From contig OZ024740.1 in NCBI GenBank assembly GCA_964016885.1, positions 270,444,001 to 270,508,000 on the forward strand: a stretch of 64,000 nt of DNA. The letters run 5' to 3'. The translations under genes and the position numbers were made by a program. Positions 1 to 12,029 of the stretch are shown piece by piece; within the stretch, counting starts at the first letter, position 1; every line of letters begins with the position of its first letter. Under the pieces are notes generated by a model, which worked only from the letters and a program-made list of their open reading frames with translations, was not told where the DNA came from and made no database searches. The DNA comes from Eledone cirrhosa (Eukaryota).

Positions 1-59
1 ATATATATATATATATATATATATATAGATATATATATATATATATAATTTATACTTGT

Positions 60-111
<52 letters not shown>

Positions 112-117
112 ACAAGT

Positions 118-182
<65 letters not shown>

Positions 183-303
183 GTTTGCTTGGTTAACAGA
201 TCTGAAGAGAAGTCCGATGCTGGTTTCGCGTCTATAACACACATATGTATCCTGAGCCAATGATATATGAAACGTACGTAACGTCGGTAATCAATTAAAG
301 TAC

Positions 304-341
<38 letters not shown>

Positions 342-552
342 TTATTGATTTATTGATATTTTATCTGAGTGACCCGAATCTTCCTGATCGTAATTTTTCG
401 GTTGCATGGGTGATTTTAGACATAATCTTTGTGTGTTGGTATTTTAACGATAGTTATAGCTCTGATTTATCTGAATTATTGAGCCCTCTGCCACTCATGT
501 CGAATTTGTTTATCGTAAACTCGTGAGCCGATTTTTCGATACTCGATTATTC

Positions 553-622
<70 letters not shown>

Positions 623-877
623 TAGAGTGAAATAGGACTCCTGCGGTATTTTTGACTAAATAAATTAGCCTAATTTTTGGAGTTATAAAAACCCACAGAA
701 TAAAACAATTGACGTACATGTTACACGAAGCCACATCTCTGGCTATCATGATCACTGTGTTAACCATTTACACCAATGTGTCCCCATTCAAATATCCATT
801 CAATTTTAATCTATATAATCAGAGCGTATGAGTACATATATATATATATTTTTTTTCTTATATATATATATATCTAT

Positions 878-942
<65 letters not shown>

Positions 943-1084
943 TATATATATATATATATATATATATATCTTATATATATATATATATATATATATCTTA
1001 TATATATATATATATATATATCTTATATATATATATATATATATATCTTATATATATATATCTATATCTTATATATATATATAT

Positions 1085-1145
<61 letters not shown>

Positions 1146-1172
1146 TATATATATATATATATATATATATAT
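1..1172. repeat. (TA)n microsatellite tracts interleaved with short unique element tails; the 850-1172 tract has recurrent TATCTTATA interruptions
   Basis: Direct reading of dinucleotide runs. Confidence 0.95.
198..290 (+). ncRNA. Degenerate hammerhead-like motif with long stem II in a short TA-flanked tail
   Basis: CTGAAGA (202) ... GAAA-CGT-acgta-ACG-TC followed by ATTAAA; stems I and II are poorly paired. Confidence 0.3.
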
Positions 1173-1447
1173 GAATGTATATATAGTGTATTTTGCAATA
1201 CACTGTATGCTTAATTAAAAGCATTTCGAAGACCTTACGCTGTTGTTTTAGAGTAGTGACAGTCTCACTTACTTTAATTTTCAGCAAACAGGGGAGATAA
1301 AGCTGACAGAGCTTTGTTTCGCACTTTTTGGTGCTTATCAAACTACTCCGCCTGTTTGCTGAAAATCATGAATGTTTGATTCTTATAGAATTCTAGTAAT
1401 AATCATAAGCATACAGTGTATTGCAAAATACACTATATATACATTCA
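1173..1447. mobile_element. Short fold-back element with terminal inverted arms, containing a minus-strand HHR-like motif
   Basis: gaatgtatatatagtgtattttgcaatacactgtatgctta (1173-) is inverted at ~1406-1446; inner IR ttttcagcaaacagg/cctgtttgctgaaaa. Confidence 0.6.
1300..1346 (-). ncRNA. Minimal hammerhead-like motif, U3-A8 variant
   Basis: Minus strand: TTGATAA-GCAC caaaaa GTGC-GAAA-CA aagctc TG-TC; stem I imperfect. Confidence 0.55.
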
Positions 1448-1589
1448 TATATATATCGCTATTTCAGAGCACCAATTCTAATTTTCAATTTCTGCTTGAA
1501 TGGCAACTGCTCTGTATAATCAGTTCCTGATTATTACTAGAATTCTATAAGAATCAAACATTCATGATTATAATACGTCATTATTTGCA

Positions 1590-3098
1590 ACCCTGTAGTT
1601 AGTACTAACTGTAATTGTAGGAATCGGGTTGACTGCCCCCTATCCGGGAAATGCCTCTCTAATAACATTGTCTACAAATATAAGGTTGAAACACCAACAC
1701 CCACATAGGGTTAACCGCCAATAGATTCAAGCAGCGTCTTTACATGCATACCCATTCTTTTCGTTACCCTTTAAGAAGGAATATGACGTCACTTTCAGCT
1801 TATACCTGGAGTCTAAAACACAACCAGACCCAATATAAGTTACACTGGGAGATCCTAGCTAGGGCTAGATCGTATAACGGAAATAAAAGACTATGTGACC
1901 TCTGCGCCGCTGAGGCCCTGGAAATACTCCACGCCAAAGACCACATCTTAAACAAAAAAATCTGAGGCAATTTCGGCTTGTAAACATAAATTGCACAACA
2001 CTTTCCTGTATTACGGATAGTACGAACTATACGCGGATATTTTACGTCTTGATGTGGTAGCTAAGTATATGTTATATTTATACCATTACTTATTTGTATA
2101 GGTAAGTATATATTACCTGTATGTTTTGTGAAGGTACGTATATTTGATTGTATATGTTATGGTGTATATATTATTTTTTCTGGTACATATGCTTTTGGTT
2201 ATGTGTATACGTGAGTTTTGTGTCTGTGTGAGTATGCGGGTTCGTACGTATGTAGGGTGTGTGTGTATGTTTACTTCGTGTTTTGGTTGACGTACGTCTC
2301 CGTACGTATTTATTCATTTAAATACGTTTATTTGATTATATGTATACACGCACACACACACACATATATATATATTTTTTTTATGTGTATTTGGTGTATA
2401 CATTCGTATGCCTGCGGGTACAGGCGTTGCGAGGGTTCTGTATGTGCGTGCGGTTTTTTTGTTTTGTTTTTTTTTGTGTACGTGCGTGTGTATGTATTTA
2501 TTTAATTTCATTTACCTCTGTAATTTATTTACTTTATTCTTAACTCTGAAGCCGAGAATCATTCGGTTTCCTAGTTAGAATTTTAGTCAACGACTTCAGT
2601 TATATCATTTACGTGGTTTTGTCTTTGCCTGCAATTGTTCTCCCCGCTCCACATATGACGTATTATCTTCGTTTTTTTTTTGTTCATTGCCAGAGAACGT
2701 CTCTATGAACCACCTAATAGAGTATTAGTCTACGACTTCTTTATACCATAAACGTGGTTGTGTCTTTGCGTGTAATTGTTTTTCACCGCTCCAAATAATG
2801 ACGTACTATATATTCGTTTTTTCCCGTTCTTTGCCAGGGAACGTTTCCACGAACCAAAGTATCGTCTTCCTGTCTTCCTCCAGTTGCAACGTTTTTTTAA
2901 ATATTCACTTCTGCGTTAACAGATTGACTTTGTTAGTTTCAGAAGATCCCGTTAAGGGTGAAAGCAGCGATTCTTTGCTTAAACTTTAATCTGTTAATTT
3001 AATAAATATTTGCTCTACGGTTCTTATATATTTGATATATATTTATCCTTATCGAGCCCTCTTTGGATTTTAATCTTCAAATTTATTATTATTACTAT
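1590..3098 (+). mobile_element. Penelope-like element family 2 (probable Hydra clade), 5'-truncated: GIY-YIG remnant + long 3' tail
   Basis: CNCRNRVDCPLSGKCL..NIVY and HWEIL..CDLC..EALEIL remnants (1744-1965); homologous to 46226-49800. Confidence 0.85.
2936..2984 (+). ncRNA. Hammerhead motif with non-canonical CAGAAGA core (PLE family 2 tail)
   Basis: GTTT-CAGAAGA-tCCC gttaa GGGt-GAAA-GCA..TGC-TT-AAAC; same motif at 46337-46385(-) and 49728-49776(+). Confidence 0.7.
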
Positions 3099-3108
3099 AT
3101 ATATATAA

Positions 3109-4584
3109 TATGCCCTATCCATAAAGGAGGTAGCAGAGCGGAGGCCAAAATCTATAGGCCAGTCTCCCTGACGTCGCATATCAGTCAGGTTATGGAGCGA
3201 GTCGTCAGAAAGAAGCTAATCACTTTCCTCGAGGAAAATGACCGCCTGAATAGCACGCAACATGGCTTCCGCCCAGGAAGAAGCTGCCTTACACAGCTGC
3301 TACATCGCTACGACTGGGTACTGAAACAACTACTAGACAGCTCACATGTGGACGTGATATATCTTGATTTTGCGAAGGCCTTTGACAAGGTCGACCACGG
3401 AATATGTCACAAACTACACGGACTCGGCATAACTGGAAAAGTAGGTGAGTGGCTGCATGACTTCCTAAAGGACAGAAGCCAGACAGTTGCAGCAAACGAG
3501 GCCATCTCAAAGGAAACACCAATAACAAGTGGTGTGCCCCAGGGGACATCCTGGGACCACTACTGTTTTTGGTCGCTCTCTCAGACATGCGCTCTGTAGT
3601 ACATACAACAACATCCCTCACTAGATATGCTGATGACACTAAGGTAGCACAGGCAATCAAAAACCCGGCTGACGCTGCCCTTTTACAACAAGATCTGGAT
3701 GCCATATACAAATGGGCGGAAGAAAACAACATGCAGTTTAATGCTGGCAAATTCCAAGCCCTACAATACAAACCTACAAACAAACCTGCAAACACAAATA
3801 TAGTACAACACAACTACACAGGACCAGGGGGGACCGATATCCCCCGTGTCAAAATCGATACGAGACCTGGGCATAGACATGAGCCGTGATGCATCTTTTT
3901 CCTCACACATCATTAAAGTGGCGACAATGTGCAGACGACTCGCTGGCTGGATCTTGAGGACTTTCCGGACAAGGGACCGAGACACCATGTTGACACTATG
4001 GAGGACATTTGTCCTAAGCCGCCTGGACTACTGCTCCCAGTTGTGGTCACCCCATAGTGTTAAACTAACCACGGAGCTTGAGGCAGTCCAGCGAAGCTAC
4101 ACCAAGAGGATTGCAATGATGAAGGAGACAAGCTACTGAGAGAGGCTGAAGGAACTGAACCTCTACACCTTGGAACGAAGACGGGAGAGATACAAAATGA
4201 TCTACATGTGGAAAATCCTGGAGGGACTAACACCAAACTTTGGCATTGGGAGCTGGACCAACCGTCGAACATCTAGAATAAGGAGCAGGTATTGCAATAG
4301 CCTGGGATTCAAGGGCCCTCAACTCTTCAAGACGCTGCCGAGGGATCTGAGAGATTTGCATGACGTGGAGGTGTATGTCTTCAAGAAACACCTCGACAGC
4401 TTGGTATCCAGGATCCCGGATGAGCCCACAGCAAGGCACGAGAGAAACCTAAGGGCAGTAGCAATAAACTCCCTCTTACACCAGTGGCCAACCTATACAG
4501 GCTGGAGATGAAATGTGTGGCAACAAGGTCGGTGCCCCAGCATGGCCTCAGCCGGATGGCTGAAACAGGTAAAAGAGTAAAAGA

Positions 4585-4587
<3 letters not shown>
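3109..4587 (+). mobile_element. CR1/L2-group LINE family B, 5'-truncated, frameshifted RT fragment
   Basis: QHGFRPGRSC, DFAKAFDKVDH, GVPQG, YADD, SRLDYCS motifs; 3' tail (GTAAAAGA)2 then (TA)n; homologous to 18742-20260. Confidence 0.92.
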
Positions 4588-4646
<59 letters not shown>

Positions 4647-4764
4647 TATATATATATATATATCTTATATATATATATATCTTATATATATATCTTATAT
4701 ATATATATATATCTTATATATATATATATCTTTATATATATATATATATATATATCTTAGATAT

Positions 4765-7700
4765 AAGGAAGATAAGTCAGCGTTAATATCAATCCACAAG
4801 GAGAAAAACAGAAAGAAGCGAGATGAGAAGGAAGAAAAGGAAGAAGAAGAAAAGTCAGGGTTGATGGCTACAAGAAGAAAGATAGAAAGAAAGAGGAAGA
4901 AAGGTCGATATTAATGTCAGACTACAGTCAGTCCAGGAATGGCGCGAAAAATATATTTTCAAAGGGACCCGTATCCTAGCAGAGGTAAATAAAGTGGGGG
5001 TCAGTATGTTATAATGTGTGAGCAGAAGATTGGAACGTTACATTTTTGTTTAGACTTATAGGATGAAGTTAAAAAATTAATATTTAATATTAACATTATA
5101 AAATTAAAGAAATTAGAAAATTGAAAGTTAAACAGTTTAACATTTTTAAGGTTGCGATGTTTAAGCAAAGAAAGAGTTTTTTATGAAGACACTTAAATTT
5201 TATTATAGCTTAAAGATTATGTCTTTGTTTAGCCGTCAAATAGCATGCGGCGACTACAAGCTTGGGCATCCCATCACTCCGAGTGATATCTCCTAGCCAA
5301 AGATATGGAAATCGATTTTTCCGAGCACTCTAGGATGTGTAACAGGCTTCAAGTGCGCCAGCAGGTAGTCAGCCCGCATCGTTAGGCCCTTCTTGCACAA
5401 AACCAGTACTATTCCTTTACCCAGGAGGGGGATTTGATTAAGTAGAGGGGGGGGCGTGATACATCTAATAGTTCTGATTTGATCTGTAATTTAAAAAGTA
5501 CTATATGGCGGTCAAAAAACCGGCTGCGCGCCGGGCCCCTGGGGCGAATCAAGCCACTCCGAGTAGTTTCATTTACCGAAAGAAGGGGAAATTTAATTTT
5601 CCAAGCACTCAAGGTAGGCCTATGCGCCAGGGGGCCGGTCCCGACGCCAGGAAAACCAACCCAATAGTCCGACAGAAAGTTGGAACGTTAAAATATTGTT
5701 TAGATTTATAGGATGAAGTTGAAAGAATTCAGAATAACATTATAAAATTAAAGAGTAAGAAGATTGAGAATTGAACAAATAGAAAATTGAAAATTAAACA
5801 TTTAAAAAACTTTTTTAAGTTTTGGGTTTCGGGGTTTAGTTAAAGAGAGTCTTTTATGAAGAAACGTTAATTGTATTATGTAGATCTTCCATAAGTTATC
5901 CTAGTGGGATGTAGAGTAAGGGATATAGTCGGGTAATATTTATTTTTGTTCTCAGGGGGAGACATTCTAGTGTTGTGTGCTAATGGGTACAAGTGAGCAA
6001 AAGTCCCAATAAGAGGAGTAGAAATACATGGACACATAGGGCTGCCCAAGCTTGTAGTCGCCGCATGCTGTTTGACGGCTAAACACAGACATAATCTTTA
6101 CTCTATAATAAAATTTAAGTGTCTTCATAAAAGATTCTTTCTTTGCTTAAACCTCGCAACCTTAAAAATGTTAAACTGTTTAACTTTCAATTTTCTAATT
6201 TCTTTACTTTTATAATGTTAATATTAAATATTTATTTTTTAACTTCATATAAGTCTAAACAAAAATGTAACGTTCGAATCTTCTGCTCACACATTATAAC
6301 ATACTGACCCCCACTATATTTACCTCTGCTAAGATACGGGTCCCTTTGAAAATATTGTTTTCGCGCCATTCCTGGCCTGACTGTAGTCTGACATTAATAT
6401 CGACCTTTCTTCCTCTTTCTTTCTATCTTTCTTCCTGTAGCCATCAACCCTGACTTTTCTTCTTCTTCTTTTTCTTCCTTCTCTTCTCCCTTCTTTCTGT
6501 TTTTCTCCTTGTGGCATGATATTAACGCTGACTTATCTTCCTTCCCCTTTTTGTTTGCCTATATTTGACCGGTAGTAGTTGTTAAGATACGGGTCCCTTA
6601 GAATAACATTTTTTTTTTCGCGACATTCCTGGCCTGACTGTAATACCGACCTTTCCTCCTCTTTCTTTCTGTCTTTCTTCTTATAGCTGACATTAACCCT
6701 GGCTTCTCTTCTTCCTTTTCTTCCTTCCCCCTTCTTCTCTCTTCTTTCTTTCTTTCTTTTCTTGTGGCATGATATTAACGCCGACTTACGTTCCTATTCC
6801 TTTTTGTTTTCCTTTATTTGACCGGTAGTAGCACACTGTAAGCTTTAGCCACGTTACTTGAGGGCGACCAGCAAAGGTGGAAGATGCTGGATGGCGGTTT
6901 CTCGGGTCTTTGATTTTCAGCCCCATGGATTTTATCTATTACATTCACTTATTATATTTCGAATACCCGATGATATCACCGGATTCATACGGAACCCGGT
7001 CATTGAAATGATCATAGTATAATAAACCTTTCAAGGATTTACACAAGTCCAGCCTCCTGTCATTTCATTATAATATTTAACTCCGTACTAGCACCACCAA
7101 CTACAAAAACAAATGTTGAGCACTTCCAAATGTAATAATGAACAGTGGCATGGGACTGAATATATCTAACCACCATTGGGATTTTGGCTACTCAGTGTTT
7201 TTGCCTACCCCCCACCTAGCCCATTGCTACTTCCCTCTCAGAATATTCAGACTTCGACGAAACTCTACGGATTATACCATAACATATATTGTACTGTACT
7301 GTATTAACTAAATTCGCTATCCTATACTTCAGGGCATGTATAACTCACACTGAATTCTCAGACTCGAACACACTGATTCCATTTCCACATCTATATGCAT
7401 TATCTGACTGCAACTTGAACTATATTGTATTTCTCCTGTGTCTTGAGCTCCATTTACTCCACCACCACTCTTGTTTGTTTATTTATATCTTTAATCTTTC
7501 TACCTTTGTTGTATTAATGTTTTTTCCACGTATTCTACTTCTATACATCCATGTACTTTTTACTTCTTTTATTCGGACTTTTACTCGCGTGTATCCATTA
7601 GGACATGACTCTAGAATGTCTCCCCCTGGGAACATAAATACTGCAACCTGAACTATATTGTATTTCTCCTATGTTTTGATTTCTCCATCTTACTCCACCA

Positions 7701-9463
7701 CCACTCTTGTTGGTTTATTTATATATTTATACCTTTGCTTTATTAATGTGCTTTTCCACGTATTCTACTTCTATGTGTCCATGTATTTCTACTCCTCTTA
7801 TTGGGACTTTTGCTCACTTGTACCCATTAGCACACAACACTAGAATGTCTCCCCCTGAGAACAAAAATAAATATTACCCGACTATATCCCTTACTCTACA
7901 TCCCACTAGGATAACTTATAGAAGATCTACATAATACAATTAACGTTTCTTCATAAAAGACTCTCTTTAACTAAACCCCGCAACCCAAAACCTTAAAAAA
8001 GTTTTTTAAATGTTTAATTTTCAATTTTCTATTTGTTCAATTCTCAATCTTCTTACTCTTTAATTTTATAATGTTATTCTGCATTCTTTCAACTTCATCC
8101 TATAAATTTAAACAATATTTTAACGTTCCAACTTTCTGTCGGACTGTTGGGTTGGTTTTCCTGGCGGCGGGACCGGCCCCCTGGCGCATAGGCCTACCTT
8201 GAGTGGTTGGAAAAATAAATTTCCCCTTCTTTCGGTAAATGAAACTACTCGGAGTGGCTTGATTCGCCCCAGGGGCCCGGCGCGCTATCGGTTTTTTGAC
8301 CGCCATATAGTACCTTTAAATTACAGATCAAATCAGAACTATTAGATGTATCACGCCTCCCTCTACTTAAGCAAATCCCCCTCCTGGGTAATGGGATAGT
8401 ACTGGTTTTGTACAAGAATGGCCTAACGATGCGGGCTGACTTTTTGCTAGCGCACCTGAAGCCTGTTATACATTCCTAGAGTGCTCGGAAAAATCGATTT
8501 CCATATCTTTCAGTAGGCGATATCACTCGGAGTGATGGGCTGCCCAAACTTGTAGTCGCCGCATGCTGTTTTACGGCTAAACAAACAAAGACATAATCTT
8601 TAAGCTATAATAAAATTTAAGTGTCTTCATAAAAAACTCTTTCTTTGCTTAAACATCGCAACCTTAAAAATGTTAAACTGTTTAACTTTCAATTTTCTAA
8701 TTTCTTTAATTTTATAATGTTAATATTAAATATTAATTTTTTAACTTCATCCTATAAGTCTAAACAAAAATGTAACGTTCCAATCTTCTGCTCACACATT
8801 ATAACATACTGACCCCGACTATTTTTTTCGCCCCATTCCTGGCCTGACTGTAGTCTGACATTAATATCGACCTTTCTTCCTCTTTCTTTCTATCTTTCTC
8901 CTTGTAGCCATCAACCCTGACTTTTCTTCTTCTTCCTTTTCTTCCTTCTCTTCCCCCTTCTTTCTGTTTTTCTCCTTGTGGCATCATATTAACGCTGACT
9001 TATCTTCCTTCCCCTTTTTGTTTGCCTATATTTGACCGGTAGTAGTTGTTAAGATACGGGTCCCTTAGAATAAACATTTTTTTTCGGGACATTCTTGGCC
9101 TGACTATAATACCGACCTTTCCTCCTCTTTCTTTCTGTCTCTCTTCTTATAGCTGACATTAACCCTGGCTTCCCTTCTTCCGTTTCTTCTTTCCGCCTTT
9201 TTCTCTCTTCTTTCTTTCTTTCTTTTCTTGTGGCATGATATTAACGCCGACTTACGTTCCTATTCCTTTTTGTTTTCCTTTATTTGACCGGTAGTATCAC
9301 ACTGTAAGCTTTAGCCACGTCACTTGAGGGCGACCGGCAAAGGTGGTAGATGCTGGATGGCGGTCGTCCTCGGGTCTTTGATTTTCAGCCCCATGGATTT
9401 TATCTATTACATTCACTTATTATATTTCGAATACCTGATGATGTCACCGGATTCATACGGAAC
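4765..9463 (+). mobile_element. Non-coding PLE-type array: inverted arm (4765-6038) + partial unit (6039-~7000) + ~2468-bp unit (~7000-9463)
   Basis: 4765-6038 is the reverse complement of ~7773-9010; 6039-6995 directly repeats 8538-9463; HHR + AATAAA at 6963-7026; no long ORF. Confidence 0.8.
6963..7020 (+). ncRNA. Minimal type I hammerhead
   Basis: ATAC-C(C/T)GATGA-..ACCGG..CCGGT..-GAAA-TGATCA-TA-GTAT then AATAAA; second copy (9431-9463) has canonical CTGATGA but is truncated. Confidence 0.75.
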
Positions 9464-12000
9464 TTGTTCATTGCCCTTTGGGGAGCTTCAAGTTTCATGA
9501 TATTTTGTTTCGTGTGGGGAGACCACAGTGGACAACAGTATTCAAGGTGTGGTCGGGCAAAAGTAGAGAAGAGAAGGATAATGGTGTGGGAATCTCTCGA
9601 CTGGAAGGTTCTGAGGATCCAGGAACACATTCTGCGGGCCATGGCAACTTTGCTGCTTATATGCGTCGCCCAGCTTATGTTGCTGTCCAAGGTTACTCCC
9701 AAGTCTCTGATGTTGTTAGATGCCACGAGAGTTTCACCGGAGGGAAGGGAATACGGGAGTTTCAGAGCATCCTCTTTTCCAAAGTGGATCAGTTCGAATT
9801 TGTCTTCGGTCAGTAACATGTTGTTCTTTTCCGCCCATTGGGTAACAGCCAGTAGGTCTGACTGAAGGCTTATCCAGTCATCCACGCCATCGATGACCTT
9901 TTGGAGCTTGGAATCATCAGCGAAAATTCTAATGTTGCTGTGTTTGATGATGTCAGTGATGTCATTAATATAGATGATGAAGAGAAGTGGGCCCAACACA
10001 GTGCCTTGTGGGACCCCACTACTGACTTTGGCTGGGCTGGATTTGACTCCTTCGACTACAACATGTTGGGTTCTGTTTGACATGAAGCTCTTGATCCACT
10101 GCAGCAGCTTTCCAGTGACACCAATATTGGACAGCTTTCTCAGTAGAATGTTATGATCAACCCTGTCAAAGGCCTTGCTGAAATCAAGGTAGATAACATC
10201 GGTGTTGGAACCCTCTCCCAAGGCTCTAAAAATGTCATCAAAGTGATGCAGTAGCTGCGTCAGGCAATCCCTTCCATTACGGAATCCATGCTGGCTGGAG
10301 TTCAGCATATTGTTACTCTCAAGGAAGTGAGTCATTCGCGATCTCACCACTCTCTCAAATACCTTAATGATATGAGAGGTGAGTGAGATTGGACGGTAAT
10401 TCACGGCAAGGGATTTGTTTCCCTTTTTGAAAACTGGGACAACAGACTGGGATAGAAGGTTTTCTGGCACATATCCAGCATCCAGTGAGTTCCGCCACAG
10501 ATTGGCAAGAGGAGATGCAAGTTGGTGTTGACACGCCTTCAAGACACAAGCAGGGAACCTATCGGGACCTACTGCTGAATTATGCTTGATTTCCTTTATT
10601 GCCGCTAAGACATCAGGGGCGCCAAACGTTATGTCCGATAAGGTGTAATGGGGAGTAACATCGCCGATACAGCCCAGATCAGCCATATCAGGATTGCTGA
10701 AAACAGAGCAGTATTGTTTCTGCAGTATCTCACCCATGGTTTTAGCATTGTCTTGAAGAGTGCCATTTTCATCAATTAGAGGGCCAACAGTGGAGCCAGT
10801 GATTTTGTGTTTTTTTGCAAATGAAAAGAACATTTTGGGATTGAGTTTGATCTTCTCAATGGCCCAGGCCTCTTCAGCTCTTCTCTGATTGTTGATGATA
10901 GACATCATATTGTTTTGGAGGTTATGTTTTTTAATCTCTAGTGATGAAATGGCAGTCAAGTTGATGTGTTACTGCTGACAGTATTTCAGCTTGTTAATTT
11001 TTTTGTTCGTTCTCTTAATTTTCCTGATGAGCGTTTTTCTATTTCTAGGGATTCTGCTCTTAGATTTGTTTATAGTTCTTAATGGGGTGTGTTTTGCACA
11101 TATGTTTGTAACAGTGTCCACAAATGTCTGCCAGGACTTTTTGATGTTAGTGGGTGTATGAGTGTGCGTGAAGGACCAGTCGACATGTGCAAGATCATGA
11201 CTGATCGCTTCCCAGTTTGCATTGTGGAAATCCATAGCGTCAAACGGATAGACAGGAGAGATGACATTGGGTTTGTATATTGGAGGGTGGAATCTCAGAT
11301 CACAGAGAACCATGTCATGATCAGAGAGTAGAGTTTTCTCCACTGCAATATTGTGGATATTGTCAGTGTGATTGCTGAAAATTAAGTCTAGGACGTTTTT
11401 GTGGCACCTCGTTGGTTCGAGCACCAGTTGGGATAGGAAGAAATCATCCATGAAGTCAAGAAGCGATTCCACTGCTTCCCTGTCAGAGGTTGAGGCAGAA
11501 GAACCTGGTGGCAGGCTGTTTGTGGACCAGTCAACTCCGGGGAGGTTGAAGTCCCCTATCATTAAGATGTTGTCAGGGTGATACTCTTGGATGAAACACT
11601 TTATGCTGTTGAGGCATTCCTTGAAGCATGGTACAAGCGTTTGGGGTGGCCTATAGAGCCCAACTACTATTAGGTTGTTGGTTTGACTGAATACAGTGAC
11701 TGCTTCGCAGTATCCATTAGTAAATATGTTCATAGCCTCTGTTGAGAAAGAATTATGGACATAAATGGCAGTCCCACCCTTTCTTCTGCCAGCGCGATCA
11801 GCACGGATGGCTTTGAAATTTTTCACTTTCACCTCGGCTTCCAAGTGGAGGTTACTGAGATGGGTTTCAGTGAGGACGAAGAAAGGGATGTGGTTTGGAT
11901 GGACATCAACCCAGTCCTCCAGGAATTTGATCTTCCATTTTTGAGTATTGGTGGAAGGGCTGATGCCCTGGGCGTTAAGCAAAAATGTTGAGGCGAGAGT
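9464..12000 (-). pseudogene. LINE A ORF2 (APE endonuclease + reverse transcriptase), in-frame stop at 10969-10971
   Basis: LTETHL, GDFN, LDL, SDH (APE); NYRPISL, QHGFR, DFSKAFD, GVPQG, FADD (RT); ORFs 10969..11982 and 9400..10959 share a frame. Confidence 0.92.
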
Positions 12001-12029
12001 GGATGGTTTTAATTGTTTTTGGTGTGTTG

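Noticed and set aside
2580-2870. ~143-bp tandem repeats as CRISPR-like array or SECIS
   Set aside because: Only two degenerate copies with no spacers, inside a PLE 3' tail; no Sec codons upstream
5626-5660. GCCGGTCCC..GCCAGGAAAA resembling the twister ribozyme P4 loop
   Set aside because: Could not place the P1/P2, UA cleavage site or GAGGG pseudoknot partner; the segment pairs better in a long local stem
7960-8600. Telomerase RNA or other housekeeping ncRNA
   Set aside because: No CTAACCCTAA template, P6.1 or other recognisable conserved boxes
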